DNA of 64,000 nucleotides, taken from Alphaproteobacteria bacterium (GTDB taxonomy: Bacteria; Pseudomonadota; Alphaproteobacteria; Puniceispirillales; Puniceispirillaceae). Shown here in pieces: positions 26,316 through 38,247 of the stretch. The stretch lies in the NCBI GenBank assembly GCA_016780765.1, contig JADHLH010000001.1:3487-67486 (forward strand). Direction: 5' to 3'. How positions within the stretch are numbered: the stretch's first letter is position 1; each line of letters begins with the position of its first letter. The notes under the pieces were generated by a model. The model had not been told where the DNA came from, did no database searches, and saw nothing but the letters and a program-made list of their open reading frames with translations. Position numbers and translations under genes: made by a program.

Positions 26316-26422
26316 TCAGCCGGTGGCAATTCGTTGGCGCCGGTGTAACCAATAATCCCTCTATAAACAAGTGAAATTCCCCAGATTTAAGGCATGCCAG
26401 CAGAAAAACGGTCGGTTTCAGA

Positions 26423-27538
26423 CTAGGTGCCTTCAGCGTGGGCACCGCGATGCGTCATTTCCCCGAGGCGTGATCCGGTTCTCTCAAATTCAAAGCTGTA
26501 ATTGTGACCCTGATACAGATTGGCAATGTCGGTGGCTGCACTGGCCACGAGAAACCGCTGCCGGTCATAAAGCGCATCAACCATCCACATGAACCGCCGG
26601 GCAGCTGGCTCGTTGGCGCTGGTAAGCACCGGCACATGATCAATCAGCAGGCCAGCGAAACGACCGGCAATAGCCAGATAGTCGCGCGCGCCAAGCGGCG
26701 TCTCGCACAGATTGGCAAAGGATATGCGCGCCACATCTCCCCCCACCCTGTCAAAGCTGATCTCACGCCCGGCAACACGAATGCTTTCACTGCCAACCAC
26801 AGAATCGCCGGCCAGCCTGGCAAACGCATCATCCAGCGCGGCGGCGGCCTGCCTGTCATCAGGTACATGCCAGGAGGCCATCCCCGCCAGCATCTGCGCG
26901 CGCCAGTCGCGGCCATCAGCAATCGTCAGCATCTCGCATCGCTGCTTCAACAGGGCAATGAATGGCAGAAACCGGTCGCGATGCAGGCCGTTCTTGTAGA
27001 GTTCATCCGCATGGCGATTTGACGTGGCGACCACGACAACACCCTTGTCGAACAGTCCGGTGAACAGCCGTGCCAGAATCATCGCATCGGCAATGTCGCG
27101 CACTTCCATTTCGTCAAAGCACATGACCCGGCCCCGCGCAGCCAGCGTTGCGGCCGCTGCCTCTACCGGATCGTCGCTGCCGGCTGTGCGGGCGGCGTGA
27201 ATGGTATCCTGCGCCAATACCATGAAGTCATGAAAATGCAGCCGGAACTGTCCGCCTTGCAGCTTGCTGGATGACAGACAGTCGTGGAACATGTCCATCA
27301 GCATTGTCTTTCCGCGTCCGACACCGCCATGGATATAGAGGCCGCGCTGCAGCTTTTTGCGGCCGGTCAGACGTGACAGGATAGAGCGGTCACCAGATGT
27401 CAGGATGTTCGACAGCAATCGGTCAAGCGCACCGGCCACAGATTGTTGGGCAGGATCGGTTATCAGGAACCCCGCTTCAACCCGGGCTGCAAGTCGGGCG
27501 CTTACACTGGATATGGCGGCAGTATTCTGGTCAGGCAT
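26423..27538 (-). CDS. zapE: AFG1/ZapE family ATPase
   Basis: GGVGRGKT Walker A, CFDE Walker B, TSN; conserved position upstream of mdh. Start uncertain. Confidence 0.92.
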   Translation of the reverse strand: MPDQNTAAISSVSARLAARVEAGFLITDPAQQSVAGALDRLLSNILTSGDRSILSRLTGRKKLQRGLYIHGGVGRGKTMLMDMFHDCLSSSKLQGGQFRLHFHDFMVLAQDTIHAARTAGSDDPVEAAAATLAARGRVMCFDEMEVRDIADAMILARLFTGLFDKGVVVVATSNRHADELYKNGLHRDRFLPFIALLKQRCEMLTIADGRDWRAQMLAGMASWHVPDDRQAAAALDDAFARLAGDSVVGSESIRVAGREISFDRVGGDVARISFANLCETPLGARDYLAIAGRFAGLLIDHVPVLTSANEPAARRFMWMVDALYDRQRFLVASAATDIANLYQGHNYSFEFERTGSRLGEMTHRGAHAEGT

Positions 27539-27681
27539 GGGGCTGTCGTGCTGATATCTGCATCGTATCATGCTCGCCTGTTACGGGCTGCCAGCCTTCA
27601 TACATGCAATCACCATCAACCTTCAATCACTTTGCGCTGCAACGGGCCTGCATGGCCAGCGGCACGGATCAAATTGACAGC

Positions 27682-28458
27682 CTAGCGGCTGGCGATCTCG
27701 CTTTTGATGCTGGCAATCGCCTTGCCCGGATTCAGCCCTTTCGGGCAGGTCTTGGCACAGTTCATGATGGTATGACAGCGATAAAGGGCAAAGCTGTCAT
27801 CCAGCGCGTCCAGACGTTCATCCGTCTTGTCATCGCGGCTGTCGGCGACCCAGCGATAGGCCTGCAACAGCACGGCTGGCCCCAGATATTCCTCGCTGTT
27901 CCACCAATAGCTTGGGCATGCGGTAGAGCAGCTGAAACACAGGACACATTCCCACAACCCGTCAAGCTGCTCGCGCTGTTCGGGTGACTGGCGACGTTCT
28001 TCACCTTCGGGGGCATCCTCATCAGCTTTCAGCCAAGGCTCGATGGCGGCAAGCTGGCGATAGGCGTTGCTGAGGTCAGGCACAAGATCCTTCACTACCG
28101 GCATATGCGGCAGTGGAAATATCTTCACATCGCCCTCTACATCCTTGATGCTTTTCAGGCAGGCAAGCGTGTTCGTGCCATCGATATTCATCGAGCAGGA
28201 CCCGCAAATCCCCTCGCGACAAGACCGGCGAAACGTCAGGGTGCTGTCCTGCTCGCTCTTGATCTTGATCAACGCATCCAGAACCATCGGCCCGCAATCA
28301 TCAAGATCGACCTCAAAGCTGTCGAGGCGCGGGTTTTCATCATCATCGGGTGACCAGCGATAGATCTGGAAGACGCGAACATCAGACGCCCCTTCGGACG
28401 CTTTATAACTGTGTCCAGCGGTGAACTTTGAATGCGCAGGAAGTGTGAATTCAGCCAT
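27682..28458 (-). CDS. sdhB: Succinate dehydrogenase iron-sulfur subunit
   Basis: [24 protein letters not shown] and CHTIMNC clusters. Confidence 0.98.
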   Translation of the reverse strand: MAEFTLPAHSKFTAGHSYKASEGASDVRVFQIYRWSPDDDENPRLDSFEVDLDDCGPMVLDALIKIKSEQDSTLTFRRSCREGICGSCSMNIDGTNTLACLKSIKDVEGDVKIFPLPHMPVVKDLVPDLSNAYRQLAAIEPWLKADEDAPEGEERRQSPEQREQLDGLWECVLCFSCSTACPSYWWNSEEYLGPAVLLQAYRWVADSRDDKTDERLDALDDSFALYRCHTIMNCAKTCPKGLNPGKAIASIKSEIASR

Positions 28459-28490
28459 GAGACCCTGGCACCTTTCCGGGCGAAACCGCC

Positions 28491-30281
28491 CTAATATACC
28501 CGCGGCGCCGGCGGAATCGGTGCCACATCATTGCTCAACGTATTCATCGCCACACTGCGATAACCGACTGTTGACCGATTCTGCTCGTCCAGCCACATCA
28601 CAGTATGCTTCATCCAGTTTTCATCGTCGCGTTCCGGCCAGTCTTCATGCGCATGCGCACCGCGTGATTCGGCGCGCTGATCGGCAGAGCGAATGGTGAC
28701 CAGTGCCTGACCGACAAGATTTTCCAGCTCCATCGCCTCGATGAGATCGGTGTTCCAGATCAGCGATTTGTCCTTCACCCCGATCTGCCCCATCTGGCTT
28801 GCCACATTATCCATATTGGCAACGCCCTCGGTAAGGCTGGCCGATGAACGAAAGACAGCGGCGTGACGCTGCATGACCTGCTGCATGTCGTGACGAATCT
28901 GCGCGGCCGGTACGTTCCCGTCGGCATGCCGCATACGGTCGAATCGTTCCAGCGCCTTGTCAGTTGCTGCCTGCGGGGCGCTGCGTGTCGTGCCACCCGC
29001 CTGCACGGTTTCAACGGCCCGGTGGGCAGCAGCCCGTCCGAACACAACGATGTCGAGAAGCGAATTTGTTCCCAGACGGTTTGCCCCGTGAACGGAAACA
29101 CAGGCCGCCTCGCCAATGGCCATCAGGCCGGGCACGGTGGCGTTTTCATCACCATTCGCCGCCGAGATCACCTCGCCGTGATAGTTTGTCGGGATGCCGC
29201 CCATATTGTAATGCACGGTAGGCAGCACCGGGATCGGCTCACGCGTTACGTCAACGCCGCAGAAAATACGGGCCGTTTCGGTAATGCCCGGCAGACGCTG
29301 ATGCAAGGTGTCCGGGTCGATATGTTCAAGATGCAGCATGATATGGTCCTTGTTCGGACCAACTCCGCGGCCTTCGTTGATTTCAATGGTCATTGCCCGG
29401 CTGACAACATCGCGGCTGGCAAGGTCCTTGGCGGTTGGTGCAAACCGGTCCATGAACCGCTCACCCTCTGAATTGGTCAGATAGCCGCCTTCACCGCGCG
29501 CACCCTCGGTGATCAGCACGCCCGCACCATAGACGCCGGTCGGGTGGAACTGGACAAACTCCATATCCTGCAACGGCAAGCCCGCACGCAGCGCCATCGC
29601 ATTGCCATCGCCTGTACAGGTATGCGCCGATGTGCATGAGAAATAGACCCGGCCATAACCGCCGGTGGCCAGAACGGTTTGCTGTCCCCAGAACCGGTGC
29701 AGGGTCCCGTCTTCCATGCATAGCGCAATGATACCGGCACATTCGCCATCATCGTTAATTAACAGGTCGAGAGCGAAATATTCAATATGGAAATGCGCCT
29801 GATACTTCAGGCATTGCTGATACAGCGTGTGCAGGATGGCATGGCCGGTCCGGTCAGCAGCGGCACAGGCACGGCGCGCCATCGACTTGCCGTAATCCAG
29901 TGTATGTCCACCAAACGGGCGCTGATAAATCTTGCCTTCATCGGTACGCGAAAACGGCACGCCGTAATTTTCCAGCTCGATCACCGAGGGAATGGCATTA
30001 CGGCACATGTATTCGATCGCATCCTGGTCGCCAAGCCAGTCTGAGCCTTTGACCGTATCATACATATGATACTGCCAGTTATCGCCTTCACCCATATTGT
30101 TGAGCGCTGCGCCAATGCCGCCCTGCGCCGCAACAGTGTGCGAGCGGGTAGGGAACACTTTGGTGATACAGGCCGTTTTCAGCCCGCCAGCCGCCATACC
30201 AAGCGTTGCACGAAGACCGGCGCCACCAGCACCGACGACGACCACATCATAATGGTGATCTGTTATTTCGTAGGCTGTCAT
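28491..30281 (-). CDS. sdhA: Succinate dehydrogenase flavoprotein subunit
   Basis: [10 protein letters not shown] (covalent FAD His), QFHPT and HGANRLG motifs. Confidence 0.99.
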   Translation of the reverse strand: MTAYEITDHHYDVVVVGAGGAGLRATLGMAAGGLKTACITKVFPTRSHTVAAQGGIGAALNNMGEGDNWQYHMYDTVKGSDWLGDQDAIEYMCRNAIPSVIELENYGVPFSRTDEGKIYQRPFGGHTLDYGKSMARRACAAADRTGHAILHTLYQQCLKYQAHFHIEYFALDLLINDDGECAGIIALCMEDGTLHRFWGQQTVLATGGYGRVYFSCTSAHTCTGDGNAMALRAGLPLQDMEFVQFHPTGVYGAGVLITEGARGEGGYLTNSEGERFMDRFAPTAKDLASRDVVSRAMTIEINEGRGVGPNKDHIMLHLEHIDPDTLHQRLPGITETARIFCGVDVTREPIPVLPTVHYNMGGIPTNYHGEVISAANGDENATVPGLMAIGEAACVSVHGANRLGTNSLLDIVVFGRAAAHRAVETVQAGGTTRSAPQAATDKALERFDRMRHADGNVPAAQIRHDMQQVMQRHAAVFRSSASLTEGVANMDNVASQMGQIGVKDKSLIWNTDLIEAMELENLVGQALVTIRSADQRAESRGAHAHEDWPERDDENWMKHTVMWLDEQNRSTVGYRSVAMNTLSNDVAPIPPAPRVY

Positions 30282-30328
30282 GCCATTTCCTCATACATTT
30301 CCCGGCGTGGCAGCGGCCACCCGTACAC

Positions 30329-30694
30329 TTAACCCAAAATTCTGACCATGGCCCACAGGCTGGCTAGAGCTGCTGCACTCATGCCAGCACGAACAAGAAG
30401 CAACGCGGCGTGGCGTCCGCCCCGTGCCGAGATGTAATCCTCGATCACCACCTCAAGACCCATGGTCCCGTGAAACAGACCAGCCAGCACCAGCGCACCC
30501 AGCGCCGCAGCGTTGACAGGTTGACTGACGAACGACAATGCCTCGCCGTAAGACATGCCGCCAATACTGGCCAGGGCAATCACAAGGTAACTCATCAGAA
30601 ACAGCACAGCGACGGCACTGAAACGCTGCCAGCGCCAGTGGCGCACACCAGAAATCCGTTTGCGATGGGTTATCCCGGCAGGATATTCGGCCAT
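30329..30694 (-). CDS. sdhD: Succinate dehydrogenase membrane anchor subunit
   Basis: HWRWQRFSAV and FHGTMGLEVVIEDY motifs; three TM segments. Confidence 0.93.
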   Translation of the reverse strand: MAEYPAGITHRKRISGVRHWRWQRFSAVAVLFLMSYLVIALASIGGMSYGEALSFVSQPVNAAALGALVLAGLFHGTMGLEVVIEDYISARGGRHAALLLVRAGMSAAALASLWAMVRILG

Positions 30695-30705
30695 GAGCTG
30701 TCCCC

Positions 30706-31101
30706 TTACATCCAGACCACCGTCCATAAAACGACGGTCAATACGGCGGTCAGGACCAGCACAAGCTGTCCGTTTCTGTACACTTCAGGAATGGTGAGCC
30801 CGATACCGATATCCCAGCCAAGATGGCGAATACCATTAAGCGCATGATAGATCAGTGCGACTGAATACCCGAATAGGACAAATTGCCCCAAGGGATGCGC
30901 GAGTGCCGCCGCCACGATGCCATAGCGTTCAGCCCCCATCGCCAGCGATACGAGCCATGCCGTCATGACGAGCGTGCCTGTTGTAAGAACAATCCCCGCC
31001 GCCCGATGCATGATCGACATCACCGATGTCATCTGCGGACGGTATACCTGAAGATGCGGTGACAGCGGACGTTGCCGGCCCATCACGATCCTTTCTGACA
31101 T
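30706..31101 (-). CDS. sdhC: Succinate dehydrogenase cytochrome b556 subunit
   Basis: RPLSPHLQVY, SIMHR and YHALNGIRHL motifs. Confidence 0.96.
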   Translation of the reverse strand: MSERIVMGRQRPLSPHLQVYRPQMTSVMSIMHRAAGIVLTTGTLVMTAWLVSLAMGAERYGIVAAALAHPLGQFVLFGYSVALIYHALNGIRHLGWDIGIGLTIPEVYRNGQLVLVLTAVLTVVLWTVVWM

Positions 31102-31315
31102 TTCAAATTCAGCACCGAGGCAAACCTACGGTCTGGGACGGATGCTAGTCAATGTGAAAGCAAGTCGCACCAGCCTGTCGCACCATCTTAATTCGACATA
31201 CTTGATTCGACATGGCGTTGAATCCTTATCACTCAAGCCGGACGGGGCCGAATATAATGGGGCTGATGAAAAATTCATTTGCCTCACATGCCGATTGTGG
31301 AGACAACTCACATCA

Positions 31316-32131
31316 ATGAAAAAGATATTGTCCATACAGTCTTCGGTAACTGCCGGTTTTGTCGGTAATGCGGTCGCTGGTCCGGTCCTTCTGGTGATGG
31401 GGCATCATCCCATGATGGTCGACACCATCAGCCTTGCCGCGCATCCGGGATATGGCGGGCGGGGCGGTGGGCCGTTGGCTGATCATCTGTTTGCAGACCA
31501 GCTGCGCGGGCTTCAGGACCTTGGCGAGACCGGCGATATTGCGCAGATCATGACAGGCTATCTTGGCAGCGCCAGCCAGATTGATTCGATTGTTGCGCTG
31601 CTGACGTCATGGCGGGCAGAGGCGGGCGGCCAATATATTCTTGATCCGGTGATGGGGGATGCCGGGCGGCTGTATGTGTCAAACGACCTTGCCGATGGCA
31701 TTCGCACCCGGTTGCTGCCCCTTGCCGACATCATCACACCCAACCAATTTGAACTGGCGCAGCTGAGCGGGACCGATATCACCGGCCGGGACAGCGCGGC
31801 GGATGCCGGCGGCCTGTTGCTGTCACAGCATGCGCTGACGGCCATTATCATCACTGGCGTTACGAATACCGGTCACAGATCGGAAATAGGTGACCTGCTG
31901 GTGATGCGCGACGGCACACAGATCTGGCATCCCGCGGATGGCACAGCCAAAAATGTGGCTGGTGGCGGCGATCTGCTGACCGCGCTGTTCAGCGGGTATC
32001 TGGCATCAGGGCAGGCACTTCCGGACGCGTTTTCGCGGGCCAGCGCCACCGCACACACCATCATCGCCGCCAGCCCCACGCCGCGAGATCTGGCATTACT
32101 GGAAAATTTGAAGTTGGTCAGCGCATCCTGA
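31316..32131 (+). CDS. pdxK: Pyridoxal/pyridoxamine kinase (ribokinase superfamily)
   Basis: ILSIQS...GFVGN, TGYLG, LDPVMGD, TPNQFE and GGGD motifs; start refined to 31316. PdxK versus PdxY is not resolved. Confidence 0.85.
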   Translation: MKKILSIQSSVTAGFVGNAVAGPVLLVMGHHPMMVDTISLAAHPGYGGRGGGPLADHLFADQLRGLQDLGETGDIAQIMTGYLGSASQIDSIVALLTSWRAEAGGQYILDPVMGDAGRLYVSNDLADGIRTRLLPLADIITPNQFELAQLSGTDITGRDSAADAGGLLLSQHALTAIIITGVTNTGHRSEIGDLLVMRDGTQIWHPADGTAKNVAGGGDLLTALFSGYLASGQALPDAFSRASATAHTIIAASPTPRDLALLENLKLVSAS

Positions 32132-32179
32132 AACCGGCTGTGCCAACGCCCGTACAGACGCCGGCGCCCGTCTTAGGCC

Positions 32180-33214
32180 CTAGCGCCCGTAGAGGCCGCG
32201 TTCGGCAACAAGTTCGGCAATCTGCACCGAATTCAGAGCCGCGCCCTTGCGCAAATTGTCCGACACACACCAGAACACCATACCGTTTTCAATGGTCGGA
32301 TCCTTGCGGATACGGCTGATGAACACGGCATCCTCACCAGCCGCCTCATGCGGGGTGACATAGCCTTCATCGGCACGGTGATCAATCACTGTAATACCGT
32401 CTGATTCGCGCAACAGATTGCGCACAGCCTTCTCGGTCATCGGCTTTTCAGTTTCGATGAATACCGCCTCGCTATGACCAATGAAGACCGGAATCCGCAC
32501 ACAATGCGCAACCAATTCGATCGCCGGGTCGAGAATCTTTTTCGTCTCGGCCGTCATCTTCCATTCTTCCTTGGTAAAACCATCATCAAGGAACTTATCG
32601 ATATGCGGGATCGCGTTGAAGGCAATCTGCTTGGTAAACAGTTCCGGCTGTACCGGATCATTCACATAAATGCCACGTGTCTGGTTGAACAGCTCATCCA
32701 TGGCCGCCTTGCCGGCACCCGATGTCGCCTGATAGGTCGAAACAACAACACGGCGTACACCGAACTTGTCATGCAGCGGCTTCAGCGCCACCACCAGCTG
32801 CGCCGTCGAACAATTCGGGTTTGCAATGATGTTGCGGCCACCATTCGCCGGCAATGCCCGCTCCACTGTATCGGCATTTACCTCCGGCACGATCAGCGGC
32901 ACATCGTCATCCATCCGGAATGCCGATGAATTATCGATCACGATACAACCCGCCGCACCAGCTTTGGGCGCAACCTCTTTTGCTGTATCGCCGCCAGCTG
33001 AAAACAGGGCGATATCCGCATCGGCAAAATCAAACTTGTCGAGTGAGCCGATGGTCAGCACGTCGTCCTCACCATAAGACACTTCACGGCCGGCCGAGCG
33101 CGATGACGCAAGCGCAATAACCTTGTCAGCCGGAAAATTCCGCTCGGCAAGGGTTTGCAGCATCTCGCGTCCGACAGCACCGGTGGCGCCGGCTACGGCA
33201 ACTCGATATCCCAT
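32180..33214 (-). CDS. asd: Aspartate-semialdehyde dehydrogenase
   Basis: GATGAVG, NPNCST, STYQATSGAG and DNLRKGAALN motifs. Confidence 0.98.
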   Translation of the reverse strand: MGYRVAVAGATGAVGREMLQTLAERNFPADKVIALASSRSAGREVSYGEDDVLTIGSLDKFDFADADIALFSAGGDTAKEVAPKAGAAGCIVIDNSSAFRMDDDVPLIVPEVNADTVERALPANGGRNIIANPNCSTAQLVVALKPLHDKFGVRRVVVSTYQATSGAGKAAMDELFNQTRGIYVNDPVQPELFTKQIAFNAIPHIDKFLDDGFTKEEWKMTAETKKILDPAIELVAHCVRIPVFIGHSEAVFIETEKPMTEKAVRNLLRESDGITVIDHRADEGYVTPHEAAGEDAVFISRIRKDPTIENGMVFWCVSDNLRKGAALNSVQIAELVAERGLYGR

Positions 33215-33279
33215 TTTATTCCTCGTCGTCTGGTCGTGCCATTGATGGCATCGGTTTGATAAGTCACACGCCGTGTGTA

Positions 33280-34398
33280 TTAGCGGGCAAGCTGGTCCAT
33301 GGCGTTCAGAACAGCTTCGGTCATGCCGTCAGTACCTGTCTGGGTACAGCCAGGGGTCATGATATCGCCTGTCCGTGTCGTCTTCAGCGCCGTCGCAACC
33401 GCATTCTCCAGAAGATCGGCCTCGTCCCCCTGATTGAAACTGTAGCGCAGCATCATGGCAAAGCTCATAAACTGGGCCAGCGGGTTGGCAATGCCCTGTC
33501 CGGCAATATCCGGCGCAGACCCATGCACCGGCTCATACATCGCTTTGGGAAGGCCGGTCTCTGGATCAGGGGCGCCAAGCGATGCCGATGGCAGCATGCC
33601 GAGAGAGCCTGTCAGCATCGCCGCACAGTCAGACAACAGATCACCAAACAGATTGTCTGTCACAATCACGTCGAACTGCTTGGGGTTGCGCACCAGCTGC
33701 ATGGCACAATTGTCAGCATACATATTGCTGTATTCGATACCCTCGCCCTCGGCGGCATGCAACGCGGTCATAACCTCGCGCCACAACACACCCGAATGCA
33801 TCACATTGGCCTTTTCAACAGACACAAGGCGCCCATCCCGCTTGCGCGCCAGATCCAGCGCCACCCGACCAATCCGCTCAATCTCAGGCGTGGTATAGGC
33901 GTTCGTGTCAAACCCTTTGCGGGTACCATCAGGCTGATCCTCAATGCCGCGTGGCTCGGCGAAATATGACCCGCCGCACAATTCACGCAGGATCATGATA
34001 TCAAGACCGGACACCACCTCTGGCTTCAGTGTCGATGCATCGACCAACGCCGGAAACACCATGGCCGGGCGCAGATTGGCAAACAGGTCCATTTCCTTGC
34101 GCAATGCCAGCAGGCCACGCTCGGGCTTCAGTTCAAACGCCAGATCATCATATTCCGGCCCGCCCACAGCACCGAACAGAACAGCATCCGAGGCAATGGA
34201 GTCGGCCAGGGTCTCGTCGCTCAGCGGCGTGCCGTGCGCATCATAGGCAGCCCCGCCGACAAGGCCTTCCTGCATGTCAAAATCAATCGACCGGTATTTT
34301 GCCAACCAGTCGATGATCCGCATATTGGCCTTCATGATTTCGGTGCCGATCCCGTCGCCGGGCAACACCATGATCTTGCGGTTTGACGCCATCTTCAT
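33280..34398 (-). CDS. leuB: 3-isopropylmalate dehydrogenase
   Basis: [21 protein letters not shown] and [12 protein letters not shown] motifs. Confidence 0.98.
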   Translation of the reverse strand: MKMASNRKIMVLPGDGIGTEIMKANMRIIDWLAKYRSIDFDMQEGLVGGAAYDAHGTPLSDETLADSIASDAVLFGAVGGPEYDDLAFELKPERGLLALRKEMDLFANLRPAMVFPALVDASTLKPEVVSGLDIMILRELCGGSYFAEPRGIEDQPDGTRKGFDTNAYTTPEIERIGRVALDLARKRDGRLVSVEKANVMHSGVLWREVMTALHAAEGEGIEYSNMYADNCAMQLVRNPKQFDVIVTDNLFGDLLSDCAAMLTGSLGMLPSASLGAPDPETGLPKAMYEPVHGSAPDIAGQGIANPLAQFMSFAMMLRYSFNQGDEADLLENAVATALKTTRTGDIMTPGCTQTGTDGMTEAVLNAMDQLAR

Positions 34399-34484
34399 TT
34401 TCCTTGCATTCGAGCAGCCAGCATTCAGGCAGCGGGTATTCGGGCAACAGCCACGGGCCAGCTGCAGCTGCAGTTAACAGGTAA

Positions 34485-35090
34485 TCAGAGCCAGGGCTGG
34501 TCTGCGCCACGCGCGCTTTCAAAGCTGTCTATCGAGACACTTTTTTCCAGGGTCAGGCCAATATCATCCAGCCCCTCAAGAAGGCATTTCTTGCGGAACG
34601 GGTCGATCTCAAAGCTGATTTCACCACCATTTGGGCGGCGAATTGTCTGTGTTTCCAGATCAATCGACAGTTCCGGATTTTCGGTATCCTGCGCATCGGC
34701 AAGCAGGGCATCGCGATCATCTGCAGACACAGCAATCGGCAGGATCCCGTTCTTGAAACAGTTATTGTAGAAGATGTCGGCAAAGCTGGTCGAAATCACG
34801 CAGCGCACACCAAAATCAAGAAGGGCCCACGGCGCATGCTCGCGGCTTGACCCACAGCCAAAATTGTCGCCGGCTACAATGATCTCTGTCTTGCGATAGG
34901 GTTCCCGATTCAGGACAAAATCCGGTATCTCTGCCCCGTCCTTGGTGAACCGCATCTCGTCAAACAGATTGGCCCCGAGACCGGATCGCTTGATCGTCTT
35001 CAGGAACTGCTTCGGGATGATCATATCGGTATCGATATTGATGATGTTCATCGGCGCTGCAACGCCGGTCAATCTATCAAATTTCTGCAT
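34485..35090 (-). CDS. leuD: 3-isopropylmalate dehydratase small subunit
   Basis: [13 protein letters not shown] and [13 protein letters not shown] motifs. Confidence 0.98.
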   Translation of the reverse strand: MQKFDRLTGVAAPMNIINIDTDMIIPKQFLKTIKRSGLGANLFDEMRFTKDGAEIPDFVLNREPYRKTEIIVAGDNFGCGSSREHAPWALLDFGVRCVISTSFADIFYNNCFKNGILPIAVSADDRDALLADAQDTENPELSIDLETQTIRRPNGGEISFEIDPFRKKCLLEGLDDIGLTLEKSVSIDSFESARGADQPWL

Positions 35091-35103
35091 CTCTCGACCT
35101 CCC

Positions 35104-36513
35104 TCAGCCTTGCATATCGCGGATATCGGTCAGATAACCGGTCAGTGCCGCGGCCGTTGCCATTTCAGGGCTGACCAGATGGGTGCGACCACCACGGCCC
35201 TGACGTCCTTCAAAATTGCGATTCGAGGTTGACGCACAGCGCTCTCCCTCAGCCAGCTTGTCGGCATTCATCGCAAGGCACATCGAACAGCCAGGCTCAC
35301 GCCATTCGAAACCGGCCGCCACAAATACCTTGTCCAGTCCCTCGGCCTCGGCCTGTTCCTTGACCAGCCCTGATCCTGGCACCACCATGGCGCGGATACC
35401 ATCGGCAACCTTGCGGCCATCGGCAATGCCGGCGGCGGCGCGCAGATCTTCGATGCGGCTGTTTGTGCAGGACCCGATAAAGACCGTATCGATCTTCACA
35501 TCCGTCAGTTTCTGGCCGGGCTTCAGACCCATATAGTCGATGGCGCGTTCAATCTTCGCCCGCTTAACCTGGTCCTTTTCCTTTTCCGGATCCGGCACAG
35601 CCGCGGTGATCGCCAGCGCATCCTCGGGCGAGGTGCCCCAGGTTACGGTTGGGGCAATCTCGGATGCTGGCAATACAATCTCGGTATCATAACGCGCATC
35701 CGCATCAGACGGCAGCGTGCGCCAGTAATCGACAGCCTTCTGCCACATGTCGCCCTGCGGGGCCATCGGGCGTCCCTCAAGATAGGCGAATGTCTTTTCG
35801 TCAGGCGCGATCATGCCGGCGCGTGCGCCGCCTTCGATGGCCATATTGCAGATGGTCATCCGCCCTTCCATCGACAGACCGCGAATGGCTGAACCGGCAA
35901 ATTCAATGACATGGCCGGTTCCACCAGCGGTGCCGATTTTGCCGATAATTGCCAGAATGATGTCTTTTGCGGTGACGCCGGGGGCCAGATCGCCATCAAC
36001 AGTGATGCGCATATTCTTGGCCGGCTTCTGGATCAGCGTCTGCGTGGCCAGCACATGTTCCACCTCGGATGTGCCGATGCCGAATGCCAGCGCGCCGAAT
36101 GCCCCATGTGTTGCGGTATGCGAATCACCGCAGACAATGGTCATGCCGGGCTGTGTGAAGCCCTGCTCCGGACCGATGACATGGACAATACCCTGGCGGA
36201 TGTCTTCCATCGCAAAATAGGGAACGCCAAATTCGGCAGCGTTAGTGGCAAGCGCCTCCACCTGAATGCGCGATTCCTCGTCCGCAATGCCCGCCGACCG
36301 GTCAGTCGTCGGCACATTGTGATCAGCAACAGCAAGTGTACGGTTGGGTGCGCGAACAGAACGACCCGCGGTACGCAAACCTTCAAAAGCCTGCGGGCTG
36401 GTCACTTCATGAACAAGGTGCCTGTCGATATAGATCAGACAGGTGCCGTCATCCTGGCGATGCACAACATGTGCATCCCATATCTTGTCAAAAAGGGTCT
36501 TGGGCGCCGACAT
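35104..36513 (-). CDS. leuC: 3-isopropylmalate dehydratase large subunit
   Basis: [30 protein letters not shown] and [12 protein letters not shown] motifs. Confidence 0.98.
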   Translation of the reverse strand: MSAPKTLFDKIWDAHVVHRQDDGTCLIYIDRHLVHEVTSPQAFEGLRTAGRSVRAPNRTLAVADHNVPTTDRSAGIADEESRIQVEALATNAAEFGVPYFAMEDIRQGIVHVIGPEQGFTQPGMTIVCGDSHTATHGAFGALAFGIGTSEVEHVLATQTLIQKPAKNMRITVDGDLAPGVTAKDIILAIIGKIGTAGGTGHVIEFAGSAIRGLSMEGRMTICNMAIEGGARAGMIAPDEKTFAYLEGRPMAPQGDMWQKAVDYWRTLPSDADARYDTEIVLPASEIAPTVTWGTSPEDALAITAAVPDPEKEKDQVKRAKIERAIDYMGLKPGQKLTDVKIDTVFIGSCTNSRIEDLRAAAGIADGRKVADGIRAMVVPGSGLVKEQAEAEGLDKVFVAAGFEWREPGCSMCLAMNADKLAEGERCASTSNRNFEGRQGRGGRTHLVSPEMATAAALTGYLTDIRDMQG

Positions 36514-36564
36514 CTTTTCCTCCAGAGATCTGCCGGCGAGGGTCTTCCTGGCCGGTCAGAGCGG

Positions 36565-36945
36565 TCAGGAGGAAGAGGCCTCGCGGGTTGTGGTTTTTTC
36601 TGCAATACGCGCCGCCTTACCTGTTCGGCCACGTAGATAATACAGCTTGGCGCGACGAACGCGACCCCGACGAACAACGGAAACACCGGCCACCTGAGGA
36701 CCGTAAAGCGGGAATACACGCTCAACGCCTTCGCCGTAGGATAACTTGCGAACAGTAAAGGAAGAGTTCACACCGTCGCTTTTGCGGGCGATGCACACGC
36801 CTTCAAAAGCCTGAATACGCTCACGCGTGCCCTCGACAACCTTCACGTCCACGCGGACGGTGTCGCCTGGAGCGAATTCGGGGATCGTCCGCTGCTCCAG
36901 CGATCTTTCCATCTGCTTCTGGCCAATGCGGTCAACGATATTCAT
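36565..36945 (-). CDS. rplS: 50S ribosomal protein L19
   Basis: F.PGDTVRV, RIQAFEG and RRAKLYYLR motifs; start refined to 36945. Confidence 0.97.
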   Translation of the reverse strand: MNIVDRIGQKQMERSLEQRTIPEFAPGDTVRVDVKVVEGTRERIQAFEGVCIARKSDGVNSSFTVRKLSYGEGVERVFPLYGPQVAGVSVVRRGRVRRAKLYYLRGRTGKAARIAEKTTTREASSS

Positions 36946-37000
36946 CGGCTTCGTTCCTTCATCTGCTGCGATAACACCCCATCCGATCGGGGATCTTCGC

Positions 37001-37723
37001 TTATTGTTTCTTCGATTCGGACACCTGCGTCTGCAGGTGTCTCTGCCACAAATCCGGTCGACGCGTCTGCGTTTCCCGTTCGGCTTCCACCTGACGCCAT
37101 TCGGCGATCTTGCGGTGATGCCCTGACGCGAGAATCTCTGGCGCCTGAATTCCGTTCCAGTCTCGCGGCTGGGTGTAAAGCGCCGGTTCCAGCAACCCAG
37201 TCTCAAAACTTTCTTCGCGGTGGCTGGCTTCCTTGCCGATCACCCCCGGCAACAGCCGGACCACTGCGTCAATCACTGTCAGCGCCGCCATTTCGCCGCC
37301 TGACAGAATGTAGTCACCGATACTGACTTCCATCATACCGGCCGCATCGATCACGCGCTGATCAACACCTTCATAGCGCCCGCACAGAAAAACCGTTCCC
37401 TCTGCCTGTGCCAGCTCGCGAACCAGAGGCTGGTCGAGCGGCCGACCCCTCGGGGTCAGGTAGATTCGGGGCCCCGATGCCTCGGCGACATGGTCCAGCG
37501 CAGCGGCCACCACGTCGGGCTTCAGCACCATGCCGACACCGCCCCCCAGAGGGGCATCGTCGACGGTTCGGTGCTTATCGCTTGCAAACTGTCGAATGTC
37601 CAGTGTTTTCAGCGCCCAGATACCACCCTTTAACGATTTGCCGGCCAGTGACGCACCAAGCGGCCCCGGAAACATCTCCGGAAACAGGGTCAATATGGTG
37701 GCCTGCCAGGCTGGCTTGGTCAT
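37001..37723 (-). CDS. trmD: tRNA (guanine-37-N1)-methyltransferase
   Basis: [17 protein letters not shown] and [11 protein letters not shown] motifs. Confidence 0.98.
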   Translation of the reverse strand: MTKPAWQATILTLFPEMFPGPLGASLAGKSLKGGIWALKTLDIRQFASDKHRTVDDAPLGGGVGMVLKPDVVAAALDHVAEASGPRIYLTPRGRPLDQPLVRELAQAEGTVFLCGRYEGVDQRVIDAAGMMEVSIGDYILSGGEMAALTVIDAVVRLLPGVIGKEASHREESFETGLLEPALYTQPRDWNGIQAPEILASGHHRKIAEWRQVEAERETQTRRPDLWQRHLQTQVSESKKQ

Positions 37724-38247
37724 CCTTTGTCTGCCCGCTCATCCGTTTCAAGGAACCCGTCCGGCGGGTTCAGAACGATACGGCCTCCGTCAAAATCGAT
37801 ATTGGTGATGTAATCACCCTCGAAAGGCAACATCACCGTTGGCCCCTTTGGCGGACGAATCTCGATCAGCTCACCCGCCCCGAAATCATGCAAACCGGTC
37901 ACTGCGCCGATCATTTCGCCATCTGCCGTAACAGCCGCAAGCCCGATCAGGTCTGCATGATAGACCTCATCCTCACCCACGTCAGGCAATGCTGTCCGGT
38001 CCACCAGCAGCTCATTACCCCGCAAAGCCTCTGCCGCCTCACGGCTGGAAATGCCATCAGCAGCAACAATCACCAGGCCGTTTGCCGTCATCCCCCTGAT
38101 CACAAGGGTCAGCTGTCTGTCACCGACCCATACGGGGCCATAGGATGCAATATCGCGCGGCATGGCGGTAAAGGGCTTTACTTTGAACTGCCCCCTAACG
38201 CCATGTGCGCTGGCAACTGCACCGATCGACAGACGGGATATGGACAT
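37720..38247 (-). CDS. rimM: Ribosome maturation factor RimM
   Basis: [22 protein letters not shown] and DFGAG motifs; between rpsP and trmD. Confidence 0.95.
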   Translation of the reverse strand: MSISRLSIGAVASAHGVRGQFKVKPFTAMPRDIASYGPVWVGDRQLTLVIRGMTANGLVIVAADGISSREAAEALRGNELLVDRTALPDVGEDEVYHADLIGLAAVTADGEMIGAVTGLHDFGAGELIEIRPPKGPTVMLPFEGDYITNIDFDGGRIVLNPPDGFLETDERADKG

